Virus record (IMG/VR): IMGVR_UViG_3300036799_000109
Coordinates: 5,172 to 69,171 of that record
Origin: a virus
Strand: one strand, 5' to 3'
DNA: 64,000 bases
Shown: positions 54,446 to 62,819 of the stretch, in pieces
Numbering within the stretch: position 1 is the stretch's first letter
How the letters are laid out: every line of letters begins with the position of its first letter
Position numbers and translations under genes: made by a program
The notes under the pieces: model-generated
Told to the model about the DNA's origin: nothing
Database searches by the model: none
Seen by the model: the letters and a program-made list of their open reading frames with translations, nothing else

Positions 54446-55510
54446 CTACAAAACACCAGTCCAGGCGTTGTGCTCCATGTCGTCCACTGCCCTGTTGTAC
54501 ACATTCAGCCGGTTCGACCTCGGCGACAACCGGCCCATGCGGAGCAGCACCGAGTGAGGCACCTTGTTCCGGCAGCCGATCGTGAACGCGGCCGCGCGAG
54601 CCGTGTGCCCCGACACCTGATCCGCATGCTCCAGGCCTGCCTGCTGCGCCCGGTACCGGAACACCCTGCCCACCCATTCACCGGAGAGCCGTTCACCGGG
54701 CCGGTCGTACGGCACCGCCCTGATCAGCGGCCCGCCGATCACGCCGTGCAAAGCGAGCATCGCCTTCCAGGCCCGCAGCAGCGCCGGCAGATCCGTCTCG
54801 TCGAACGAATCCGACCTGATGCGCACCTCCTCGCCGCGCGCCGCCTGGTCGGTCTTCGAGGACCCGACGTACACCATGATCCCGCCGTCGATGATCTCCA
54901 CGTCGTCCCAGTTCAGCGCCACGACCTCGGACTCGCGCCCGAACATCGCCAGGGCCAGGACCATGAGCAGCCAGTCCCGCAGCCCGAGCAGCGTCGTCGG
55001 ATCGCAGGTGGCGATCATCAGGTGGAGTTCTTCGATGGTGATCGGCGCGGCGGCCTTCTGCCGGCCTTTGCCGCGTTTCGCCCGGTCCCGGCTGTGCTCC
55101 TTCAGCAGTGCGAGCGCCAGCTCTGTGTCCGGTTGTCGTTTGTGCCCCGACCAGCGGTGCACCGTGCGGATGGCGTAGATCGTCTGCTGGATCGTGGACA
55201 CCGCGAAGTCCTCGTCGGCGAGATGGGCGACGTACTCGGCGAGGGTGTACTCGGTCGCGGGCAGCGCCACCCGCTTCTCCTCCAGGCACCAGCCGACGAA
55301 ACCGCCCGGTGGGTCCGGGGTGATCCACTGGTCGACGTCGGCGTCTTTGCTGCCCGTTCTGGTGCCGTCCCAGGCGCGGCGGTAGGCGCGCAGTGTGTTA
55401 CGCGACGTCGAGGCCCGTAGACGGCGCACGGTGTCCTCGGACAGTGCGAAGTCCGCCGCGGTGTACTCAGGTGCGACCTCGGCGGCCTGGATCCAGGGCT
55501 GAATGCTCAC
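54446..55510 (-). CDS. Cre-like tyrosine recombinase
   Basis: NTLRAY SAM-like domain, GLRDW..GRESEV (R), SKTDQ (K), SGHTAR (HxxR), MGR, VYNR (Y); no arm-binding N-terminal domain. Confidence 0.9.
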   Translation of the reverse strand: MSIQPWIQAAEVAPEYTAADFALSEDTVRRLRASTSRNTLRAYRRAWDGTRTGSKDADVDQWITPDPPGGFVGWCLEEKRVALPATEYTLAEYVAHLADEDFAVSTIQQTIYAIRTVHRWSGHKRQPDTELALALLKEHSRDRAKRGKGRQKAAAPITIEELHLMIATCDPTTLLGLRDWLLMVLALAMFGRESEVVALNWDDVEIIDGGIMVYVGSSKTDQAARGEEVRIRSDSFDETDLPALLRAWKAMLALHGVIGGPLIRAVPYDRPGERLSGEWVGRVFRYRAQQAGLEHADQVSGHTARAAAFTIGCRNKVPHSVLLRMGRLSPRSNRLNVYNRAVDDMEHNAWTGVL

Positions 55511-55574
55511 CGGCCGCCGCCGTGGCGCTCGACCAGGGCATCCAGGTCCGCTGGTGTCACCTGCTCTGTCCGGG

Positions 55575-56012
55575 TCACCTGCGTCCTTTCTTGATCCGTG
55601 GCGGGTAGGTGCGGCGACGACGTGGACCGCTTTCGCCTGCGTCGTCGCCCGCTGACACCAGTTCAGGCATCATGTCGACCTCGGCGCTGGTCAGCGGCAC
55701 GCGAAGGTGCCCGATGCCGGTTTGCGCGTTGTAGAACCACCACTCGTGGCGTCCGCCGACGCGGTCCAGGGCGCGGACGGCGATGCGCTCGGTCTCGTTG
55801 TGGTCCTTGCGCGGCTGGCCGTTGGCGGTGCGCAGGCTGACGCTCGCATGCCAGACCGGCATGCCGTTGTTCAGACGCTTTCAACAGTCCACCGCCACGG
55901 TGAGCCGAGCGAGCTGGGCACCGGGGAGGCGGAGCTCGCGGGTCAACTCGCGGGGCGTGATGTTGGCCGCGGTGAGCGGGTGGGCGAGGGCGTAGGCCTG
56001 CTGACGGTTCAC
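55575..56012 (-). pseudogene. Phage protein interrupted by in-frame UGA at codon 44 (nonsense, readthrough or Sec)
   Basis: AAGGAG RBS and GTGA-coupled start; frame continues ...VAVDC*KRLNNGMPVWHASVS... Confidence 0.6.
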
Positions 56013-56302
56013 CTGGTCTCCTTCTTCGGCGGCGGGACGGCCCACTCTGGGGTGGTCGCGATGCGCACCAGGCCGCAGGTCGCAGGACCGTCCGTGCCTG
56101 AGAGCCAGCGCTGTGCTCGCACGAAGCCGACTGAGCGCAGCGCGTCGTCCAGGTCCGCCACGGTCGGCTCGCCAGGGTCGTTCCAGGTCAGCCAGGCCAG
56201 GCGTTCGTCGTGCCTGCCGGCGACCAGTAGGTACCGCTTGCCGCCGTAGCGCACGATGGCGGCGTGGATGCCGACTAGTTCCTCGGCCTGCTCCCGGTTC
56301 AC
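56009..56302 (-). CDS. Hypothetical protein
   Basis: AAGGGAG RBS, GTG start VNREQ. Confidence 0.6.
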   Translation of the reverse strand: MNREQAEELVGIHAAIVRYGGKRYLLVAGRHDERLAWLTWNDPGEPTVADLDDALRSVGFVRAQRWLSGTDGPATCGLVRIATTPEWAVPPPKKETR

Positions 56303-56541
56303 TCGGCTCCCTTGTCTCGGAGGCTGATCGGGATGACGGGACATGGCTGGTCGGCGCGAGCGGTGCGACCTTTGGCGTCGCTGGACAGCAGGTAGCAGCA
56401 CTGCCTGCAGTACACGAGACCGGTCGAGTCGCCGATCGTCACCGGTTCAGCCGGCGCATGGGTCTCGCGCCATTCCCCAGCGCGCTCCTGACGAAATCGT
56501 GACCACTCGTCAACCTGCCTCTGCGGGTCGTCCTCGCTCAT
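56299..56541 (-). CDS. Small Cys-containing protein
   Basis: MSEDDPQ..., YCRQCC, coupled. Confidence 0.6.
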   Translation of the reverse strand: MSEDDPQRQVDEWSRFRQERAGEWRETHAPAEPVTIGDSTGLVYCRQCCYLLSSDAKGRTARADQPCPVIPISLRDKGAE

Positions 56542-57062
56542 CGACCACCTGCCACCTTCGCGGGGTGCGCGGCCGCGATCCGGCGCGCCTCGTCGAGCAC
56601 GTCCAGCTTGCGCAACTGCCGAGGCTTGATCGACGCGCCGAACTCGGCCAGCGCGATCGCGCCGTCGACCAGCGGATCGTGCTGGGCACGCACCTCGGCG
56701 CTGGTCATGCGGTTCTCGTCGCGGACCCTGTCGGCGAAGCCGAGCAGCGCCCGGCCATGCCCGTAGTGCGGGATCTCGACCTGCTCGCCGCGGCACCACT
56801 GGTCGATCAGGTGGACCGCGGCTGTGCTGTTCGACAGCAGGATGACACCAGGTGTCCGCTGGTCGGCGAGGTCCATCGCGTACAGCTCGGCGTGCAACTG
56901 CCGGCCCTTGACCACGACGCCAGGGGTGGAGCGGCGCAGCACGATGCCCCAGCCGCCGACGTTGTTCAGGAAAGCGCCGATCACCCAGGGCCCGCTGGTC
57001 GTGCCGCTGGTAGCAGCCTCGCGGGCGCGGTCGACGAGTCCTCCGGTGTAGACGGTGCTCAT
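56538..57062 (-). CDS. Degenerate RNase H-like protein
   Basis: GGWGIV, AELYAM, LLSNSTAAV, HDPLVDGAIALA follow RNase HI motif order, but acidic residues are substituted. Confidence 0.55.
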   Translation of the reverse strand: MSTVYTGGLVDRAREAATSGTTSGPWVIGAFLNNVGGWGIVLRRSTPGVVVKGRQLHAELYAMDLADQRTPGVILLSNSTAAVHLIDQWCRGEQVEIPHYGHGRALLGFADRVRDENRMTSAEVRAQHDPLVDGAIALAEFGASIKPRQLRKLDVLDEARRIAAAHPAKVAGGR

Positions 57063-57583
57063 CGCGTGTACTCCACTCCGAGGGCTGCGGCGATGGGCTC
57101 GGCGAGGCCTGCGTCGCCGCAGACCTGGACGTTCTTGTGCTGGTCACGAGCAACGTCCAGGCAGTGCGGGCATGCGGTCTGGTCGCGCTCGGATGGCAGC
57201 TCAGGCTGCCCGATGACCGCTACAGGGCCTTTTCTGTCGTGCCGTGGGAGGCCGCAGAGCAGGTCGCCGCGGTGCTCAGCGAAGCCGTTGGTGCGGATCA
57301 GGTGGATCAGGCCGTCGACGGGCTCCTCGCCGAACATGCCGCCGATAACCAGCTGCACCGTGGTGAGCGCGACCGTGCCGCCGTCGAGTTGCATCCAGGC
57401 GATCGCGTCGCTGACCGCGGCAGAGTGCGCAACCGAGTCAATGCCGTAGGACTTCCAGATCGCGCGCCGCATGTCCTCGGGCAGGGCGAACCAGTGCGGT
57501 TTGCAGGAGAGCCGGTCCTGGTCCACCTGGATGTTGCACCGGGGATACGGGCAGGTGTGCATAGGTGCTTTGCCGCGCGTCAC
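57059..57583 (-). CDS. Zn-finger hypothetical protein
   Basis: HTCPYPRC..CKPHWFALP; LCG..CPHC. Confidence 0.65.
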   Translation of the reverse strand: MTRGKAPMHTCPYPRCNIQVDQDRLSCKPHWFALPEDMRRAIWKSYGIDSVAHSAAVSDAIAWMQLDGGTVALTTVQLVIGGMFGEEPVDGLIHLIRTNGFAEHRGDLLCGLPRHDRKGPVAVIGQPELPSERDQTACPHCLDVARDQHKNVQVCGDAGLAEPIAAALGVEYTR

Positions 57584-58071
57584 CGTGGCACCTCCTGGTT
57601 ACTGGTGGCCCGCAGTGCCTGGATCGGGAACTCGATGTAGCGCTGCACTCGCTGGAGCAGCAGTCGGGGGACGGTGGCGATCACAGGGCTGTCCTGCAGC
57701 GCGGTGACCAGCTCGGTGAGCAGGGTGCGGACCTGGTCTACCTCGGCCTCGGCGGCGCGGATCCTCACCTCGTCCTCGGTGCGGGCTATCCGGCACACCG
57801 GGTCTTCGCAGCCGCAGGCTGGTGGGGGAGCGAAGTACGCGGCGCCCTTTGGGGTGAGCGCTGGGACTGCGGCGTTCATGTCGACCGGCCGCATTTCGAT
57901 CATGCCGAGGGTGTGGAGCTCGCCGAGGACACGGACCTCGGCGACGCTCAGGTGCGTGTCCTGGACGGCCTGACGCCATTGGCCGTTGTGGAGGATGACC
58001 TGGTTGAGGGACACGGCAGTCAGCATGTCCAGGAGCCGCTGCCGGTGCTCGCTGATGTTGGTGACGGTCAT
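57580..58071 (-). CDS. Hypothetical protein
   Basis: Start MTVTNIS, ATGA overlap. Confidence 0.6.
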   Translation of the reverse strand: MTVTNISEHRQRLLDMLTAVSLNQVILHNGQWRQAVQDTHLSVAEVRVLGELHTLGMIEMRPVDMNAAVPALTPKGAAYFAPPPACGCEDPVCRIARTEDEVRIRAAEAEVDQVRTLLTELVTALQDSPVIATVPRLLLQRVQRYIEFPIQALRATSNQEVPR

Positions 58072-58181
58072 CGCTTCTGTCCCTTCCTGCGCGCCGACAG
58101 GGCGTGCAGTCCGAGGGTCCCGGCGCTGACCAGTGCGATCAGGGCGGCGCCGGCGCCGATGCTGACGACGATGGCGGTCAC
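58068..58181 (-). CDS. Small TM protein (37 aa)
   Basis: MTAIVVSIGAGAALIALVSAGTLGLHALSARRKGQKR, coupled at both ends. Confidence 0.5.
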   Translation of the reverse strand: MTAIVVSIGAGAALIALVSAGTLGLHALSARRKGQKR

Positions 58182-58244
58182 CGGTTTGTGCCGATCTGTG
58201 CGCGCATGGTGATCTCCTTAGCGGGTGGGGGTGGCGTTCCCTGG

Positions 58245-58532
58245 TCAGAACGGCAACTCGTCGACGGGGACGGCGACGACGGGCTCCTGGCATCCCCCGG
58301 CGCACACCCGGTCGGCCTCGCACAGTTCTCGGTAGTCCAGGCAGTTCTCGGTGTGCGGGCCGGTGTAGCGGCGGATCGCCTCACGCTCGGCGTGGTCGGA
58401 TTCCTGGGAAGCGATGCGAGTGGCGATCTCCCGTGGGGTGAGAGGCGGGTCGTCGTACAGCCAGCCGGGGAACGGGTCGTCGGCGGCGGCCTGACCGATG
58501 GCCGCGAGCCTGTCGTAGTCGTCTGGTGTCAC
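58245..58532 (-). CDS. Hypothetical protein
   Basis: GTG start, Cys-rich end, terminal DELPF. Confidence 0.6.
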   Translation of the reverse strand: MTPDDYDRLAAIGQAAADDPFPGWLYDDPPLTPREIATRIASQESDHAEREAIRRYTGPHTENCLDYRELCEADRVCAGGCQEPVVAVPVDELPF

Positions 58533-58987
58533 GTCAGTTCTCCGTCCTGAGGGGCGTCGACGATGAGCAGCACCGGTCCGCCGCGTTCGGCGATCTCGGC
58601 GAGCAGGCCATCGGCCGCGGCCCGGAGCAGCTCGAGGGACGCATTCGGGTCGCGCGGGTCGACGGCATGCAGTGCTCGGCCGATGCGTGTGCGCTGCGCG
58701 CCAGCGCGCAGCAGGTCGTGCATCACGTCGTCGCGGACGGCGGGTGGCGCGTACTCGTGGGCGACCCCTTGTCCGATGAGGTCGCCTGTCTGATCTGACA
58801 GGGAGGTGAGCAGCTTGTCGGCGTCCAGGATCAGGTGCTGCAGGGCCGACCAGAGGTGTAGCCAGCTGCCTGCCTCTACTGCGATCGCGCAGGTGGTCAT
58901 CAGGGAGCACAGCTGGTTGTAGCGGTACGAGAGCACACGCTCTGTCGCGGTCACCTCGACCTTCGGTGCGGTCGTTTCCGTGCCCAT
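58529..58987 (-). CDS. Hypothetical protein
   Basis: Start MGTETT, coupled. Confidence 0.6.
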   Translation of the reverse strand: MGTETTAPKVEVTATERVLSYRYNQLCSLMTTCAIAVEAGSWLHLWSALQHLILDADKLLTSLSDQTGDLIGQGVAHEYAPPAVRDDVMHDLLRAGAQRTRIGRALHAVDPRDPNASLELLRAAADGLLAEIAERGGPVLLIVDAPQDGELT

Positions 58988-59394
58988 CAGACGGTCATCC
59001 CTTCGACGTTGCCGCCGCACGCGGGCTGGTGGCCTGCGACCATGTGAGACAGGCCTTGGAGGAGACGGAGCAGGGCGTCCTCGGGGTCGGCCCCCATCGC
59101 GAAGGCCGTTCGGTCGCGACGGCCAGCTGGCTTGACCTGGATCGCCGCGGTCCACGGTCTCGTCGGCTGGTGTGCGGGGTAGTAGGTCAGCTTCGGTGTC
59201 TGCCCGTAGAGGGTCGTGGTTTCGCAGAGTCGCAGCGACAGCCTGGTCAGAGTTTCGGCGATGTGGTTGCAGTCGCCGCCGCCGCGCAGGTGGTGGATGA
59301 CCCGGTCGATGCCTTCGGTGCCTCGGGTCTGCTCGCGGATCTTGGTCATCAGTTCGACGTGCTGCTCGGGTGTCAGCTTGGTGCCGAGGGGCAT
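58987..59394 (-). CDS. Hypothetical protein
   Basis: GGAGATCACC RBS. Confidence 0.65.
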   Translation of the reverse strand: MPLGTKLTPEQHVELMTKIREQTRGTEGIDRVIHHLRGGGDCNHIAETLTRLSLRLCETTTLYGQTPKLTYYPAHQPTRPWTAAIQVKPAGRRDRTAFAMGADPEDALLRLLQGLSHMVAGHQPACGGNVEGMTV

Positions 59395-59434
59395 GGTGGT
59401 GATCTCCGGTTCGGGTGGGCGGGTGTTGGGTGGG

Positions 59435-59716
59435 TCAGGTGGGTGGGTGCTGCACGGTGCCGTCGCGGGCTACGTCGCACACCGGCTCCTCGTTGATCAC
59501 GGAGTCGACGGCGTGGCGCTGGGTGAACGCGACGGCGTTGGGGCGGTAGGCGAAGACCATGAGGTGGTCGAAGCCGGGGTAGCGCACGACGTGCACAGCG
59601 CTCGGCACGACGTCGACGGGCACGACCTGATAGGCGCTGGCAGCGAGGGCGTCGAGCGCCTGCTGCGCGGCCTCCTCAGACAGCACAGCGGCGAGCACGG
59701 TCTTCGGATCAGTCAT
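59435..59716 (-). CDS. Hypothetical protein
   Basis: 93 aa, coupled. Confidence 0.6.
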   Translation of the reverse strand: MTDPKTVLAAVLSEEAAQQALDALAASAYQVVPVDVVPSAVHVVRYPGFDHLMVFAYRPNAVAFTQRHAVDSVINEEPVCDVARDGTVQHPPT

Positions 59717-60249
59717 GCGCGCGCCTCTGGCTCTGGGTTATAGATGATCGCGGGAGTCTGATCCCTCGCGGCAGGCGGCGGAATCATCAGGTAGTTCCCC
59801 GATGGGTGGGGTTTCAGTTCGTCCGTGGCGGCGGTGAGCAGCGCCTCGCGGTCGAGGTCGTGGACCTCGACGGTGAAGAACATGCTGCCGTCCGGGTGGC
59901 GGATCGTGAGGTACCGGACTTGCTCGGTGAAAGCGTCCAGGTCGTCGACGGTCAGCGGCCCGACTGACGGCATGCGTCTCTGCAGTCCGTCGACGCCGCC
60001 CCACAGCTCTCTGATCAACATTCCGCCGAGGGGCACGTCGGTGGCTGTGACGTGCACGGACTCGCTGTAGGTCCTCGTCTGCAGGTCTCCGGTGACGTTT
60101 AGCGAGCGGTACCACACGACTAGTGCTACTGGTCGGTTGGAGGTGGGGATCTGCAGAGACCGTTCCGGGCGGATCCAGGGATGTTCCAGGTCGGGGTGGG
60201 TGCGTAGGTGCTGGGCGACGGCTTCGAGGAATGCGGGGTAGTCGGTCAT
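59713..60249 (-). CDS. Hypothetical protein
   Basis: GAGGAGATCACC RBS, first gene after the conserved promoter. Confidence 0.7.
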   Translation of the reverse strand: MTDYPAFLEAVAQHLRTHPDLEHPWIRPERSLQIPTSNRPVALVVWYRSLNVTGDLQTRTYSESVHVTATDVPLGGMLIRELWGGVDGLQRRMPSVGPLTVDDLDAFTEQVRYLTIRHPDGSMFFTVEVHDLDREALLTAATDELKPHPSGNYLMIPPPAARDQTPAIIYNPEPEARA

Positions 60250-60289
60250 GGCTGGTGATCTCCTCGGGCGGTGCGAGCGCTAGCTCTTG

Positions 60290-60334
60290 TCTTGCAAGAA
60301 TACTGTCGATGGTGCCGCACAGTCAACACTCGTG
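60290..60334 (-). promoter_or_regulatory. SigA-type promoter with TCTTGCAAGA palindromic operator
   Basis: CACGAGTG-TTGACT-N18-TATTCT-TGCAAGA, near-identical to 54387-54431. Confidence 0.8.
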
Positions 60335-60351
60335 ACGCGCGTGCGGCGCTA

Positions 60352-60687
60352 CTAGTCGTCCTGTCTGGGCAGCCGGGTGATGAGGAGGAGCGCGCCGCCT
60401 GCCGGCGCGTGCTCAGTGCACGCGAGGGAGGCGAAGTTCGCGGCGTACTGCACGCTGCAGTCCTGGCACTGCAGCATCGGGCGCATCGTGTTGCTGGAGT
60501 CAGCGACGAGCACCACGGCCGGGGTGGGCTCGCCGTGCGGACTGCCGCAGAGGAACCGCGGCAGAGACCGACTGGCGTCTGCTTCGTGGGCCTGGTCGCG
60601 GGCCTCGGCGAGGACGATGGCGAGGTCCTCGCGCCGCAGCCTGGGAACGTCGAACCCGATTACGGGCTGCTCTGGATCAGTAGGCAC
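60352..60687 (-). CDS. Hypothetical Cys-containing protein
   Basis: AGGAGGAAGG RBS; CGSPH...CQDC. Confidence 0.55.
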   Translation of the reverse strand: MPTDPEQPVIGFDVPRLRREDLAIVLAEARDQAHEADASRSLPRFLCGSPHGEPTPAVVLVADSSNTMRPMLQCQDCSVQYAANFASLACTEHAPAGGALLLITRLPRQDD

Positions 60688-60780
60688 TGGTTCTGGCCTT
60701 CCTCCTGCGCCAGGCGTACCCGGCGCCGAGAGCGAGAGCGGTGAGCAGGTCACCGCCGAGGACGATCCACAGGATGCTCA

Positions 60781-61146
60781 TCAGGCGTCCTCGGCAGGTG
60801 CAGGAGATGGTGCTGTGTCGGGGACGACGACCTCGCCGTCCTTCAACTCGGCACCGGGGACGAACACGCCGTCGATCCACTTGCCGAGTCGGCGCAGCTG
60901 GTCCCAGTAGTAGTGATGGCCCTGATGGGTGTAGAGCTCCGGATCGACGTCCTTCAGCCAGCGCCGGATGATCTCGCGGCCGATGCGCTCGGCGAGGTCG
61001 CCGGCATCGGAGGTCTCGAACTGTGGGGCGGGGTTCACCTGGGCGACGTGCCAGAGCGCGGCGAGGTAGCTGTCGCTGTAGCTGCCCAGGCTGTAGCGGT
61101 CGATCTCGATCACGACCTGGGTCGGTTTGTAGGGGTCGGTAGGCAT
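60781..61146 (-). CDS. Hypothetical phage protein
   Basis: YLAALWHVAQVNPAP...AERIGREIIRRWL..PELYTHQG. Confidence 0.7.
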   Translation of the reverse strand: MPTDPYKPTQVVIEIDRYSLGSYSDSYLAALWHVAQVNPAPQFETSDAGDLAERIGREIIRRWLKDVDPELYTHQGHHYYWDQLRRLGKWIDGVFVPGAELKDGEVVVPDTAPSPAPAEDA

Positions 61147-61221
61147 CGTTTCGGGCCCTTCCAAGATCATCAATTATGGTCGTGATAAGAGAACATTATC
61201 TCGACCATCGGACAGTTTGGA

Positions 61222-61713
61222 TCACGACGCGCCGTCCTCGGAGACGACTGCTTTCCACCCGACGCAGCGGCACAGGTCGCAGCGCGCTTCCTCCGGAAGG
61301 ACACTGCCGGTGTGCAGGCCCCGCGGGTGACCACACACGCAGTCCGCGTAGTGGACGCGGTCGTGCCGGTCGCACATCTCCTCGACGGTGAGGTGCCGGC
61401 CGAATACACCGCGGTGACCCTCGGCGGCGTGCCGGTCCCGATCGGCGGGGCATCCGCACCAACCGAGGGCATGGTTGACCATCAGCGACCCGACCGCGTC
61501 TAGTTGCCCGCAGCGCCCGCACCGCTGCTGCGGGAACGAGTGCCCCTCTCCGCGATCGTTGTCCTGCACCCAGCCCAGATCCGGGATAGCGCCAGTGCAA
61601 CAGTCCAGACGAAGCGTGGCGAGGCGCGCTCGGATGCGCTCGGCGCGGGCCTCCTTGGCGTCGAACTCGCCGAACAGGTCTGGCTGGTCGTATTCGGGCG
61701 CGCGTTTCGTCAC
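61222..61713 (-). CDS. Cys/His-rich hypothetical protein
   Basis: QPDLF motif, CGRC, CVCGH..H..CDLCRC. Confidence 0.65.
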   Translation of the reverse strand: MTKRAPEYDQPDLFGEFDAKEARAERIRARLATLRLDCCTGAIPDLGWVQDNDRGEGHSFPQQRCGRCGQLDAVGSLMVNHALGWCGCPADRDRHAAEGHRGVFGRHLTVEEMCDRHDRVHYADCVCGHPRGLHTGSVLPEEARCDLCRCVGWKAVVSEDGAS

Positions 61714-62153
61714 GGCGTCTCCTCGGAGGTGACTGCGTTCCACCACGAGCGGAACACCGCGCCGCCGTCCATATGCGGGTCAGTGATCGTCACACCAGGA
61801 TCAACGAGGAACGCCCTGGACCTGTGGAACGAGCCGCCAACGAGAAGCACCGGAGCCGGGTGCCGTCGTGCGAGGTGCACGAAGTCTCCGTCTCCTGTCG
61901 CCAGCAGCAACGGCTCAGCATCGAGCACGTAGGCGTCGGCCAGGACGTGATCAGCGCGCTGCCAGCCCTCGCCGAGCAATTGCCGCGCCGCAGCCGGCCA
62001 GTCCACGTCGACGAGGGACGACACTCCTCCGGCTATGACGATGCGTTCGCCTCCAGCGTTCGGTGTCGCGTTCAGGAGCGCGGCCAGCATGTGCCGGCGT
62101 GGTGCGGCGAGGTTGTCTGCGTCGATCAGTACCTGGACGGTGCGCGTCGTCAT
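61710..62153 (-). CDS. NYN/PIN-domain ribonuclease-like protein
   Basis: VLIDADNL, QRADHVL, LATGDGDF. Confidence 0.75.
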   Translation of the reverse strand: MTTRTVQVLIDADNLAAPRRHMLAALLNATPNAGGERIVIAGGVSSLVDVDWPAAARQLLGEGWQRADHVLADAYVLDAEPLLLATGDGDFVHLARRHPAPVLLVGGSFHRSRAFLVDPGVTITDPHMDGGAVFRSWWNAVTSEETP

Positions 62154-62560
62154 GGCTGCTCCGACTGGTGCTCGCAGCTCGGCTCGTCGGGGCGGCAGTG
62201 CTCGAACGCCGTCGCCTCGTCCTCGCCGAGCGTGCGATGGCAGGACGCGCAGAGCCGGTCGTCTGCGAAGCAGTCGGCGATGCCGTTGTCGGACCACGGC
62301 GCCGTGAAGAGGAGTTGGCCGCACATCGTGAGCTTCGGCATGAGAGCGAGCAGCTCGGCCGGTGTCCACGGACCGAACAGCTCATCGTGCCGACGAGTCG
62401 CACGAAGCCATCGACGAACGAACTCGACCTCGACGGGATCCTCCTCGGTGCAGCCCTCAGGGCCGTGAGGAACGAGCGCGTGCACCGTGCCTGTCTTGCC
62501 GTGCTCGACGAACTCCAGCTCGCCACGCTGGCTCTGGGCGACCATCCACTGCAGCGTCAT
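62150..62560 (-). CDS. Hypothetical Zn-binding protein
   Basis: VH..MCG..LCASC. Confidence 0.6.
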   Translation of the reverse strand: MTLQWMVAQSQRGELEFVEHGKTGTVHALVPHGPEGCTEEDPVEVEFVRRWLRATRRHDELFGPWTPAELLALMPKLTMCGQLLFTAPWSDNGIADCFADDRLCASCHRTLGEDEATAFEHCRPDEPSCEHQSEQP

Positions 62561-62573
62561 GGCTGCTCCTCAG

Positions 62574-62819
62574 TCATGCGGTTCGCCTCAACCAGTGAGC
62601 ACACTCGGCGCACAGGTCAAGCCACCGGTTGCCCCAGTCGGTGTGCGCGACGAACGCGAACCGGGCGCGCTGGCCACACCGCAGGCACTGATGGACCTCA
62701 TCATTCACACGACGAGCGATCTGTTTTTCTGGTTCCTGCGCTGGCGCCTCGGGCATCAGACTGGGATTGACCTTCAGAAGATGCAGCATCCCGTCGACGC
62801 TGGACTCAGGGGCGGGCAT
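62574..62819 (-). CDS. Small Zn-finger protein
   Basis: CLRCG...RWLDLCAEC. Confidence 0.6.
   Translation of the reverse strand: MPAPESSVDGMLHLLKVNPSLMPEAPAQEPEKQIARRVNDEVHQCLRCGQRARFAFVAHTDWGNRWLDLCAECAHWLRRTA

Noticed and set aside
54446-55510. Classical lambda-type integrase marking a prophage boundary
   Set aside because: No arm-binding domain, no adjacent att site or tRNA, and phage-like genes continue on both sides.
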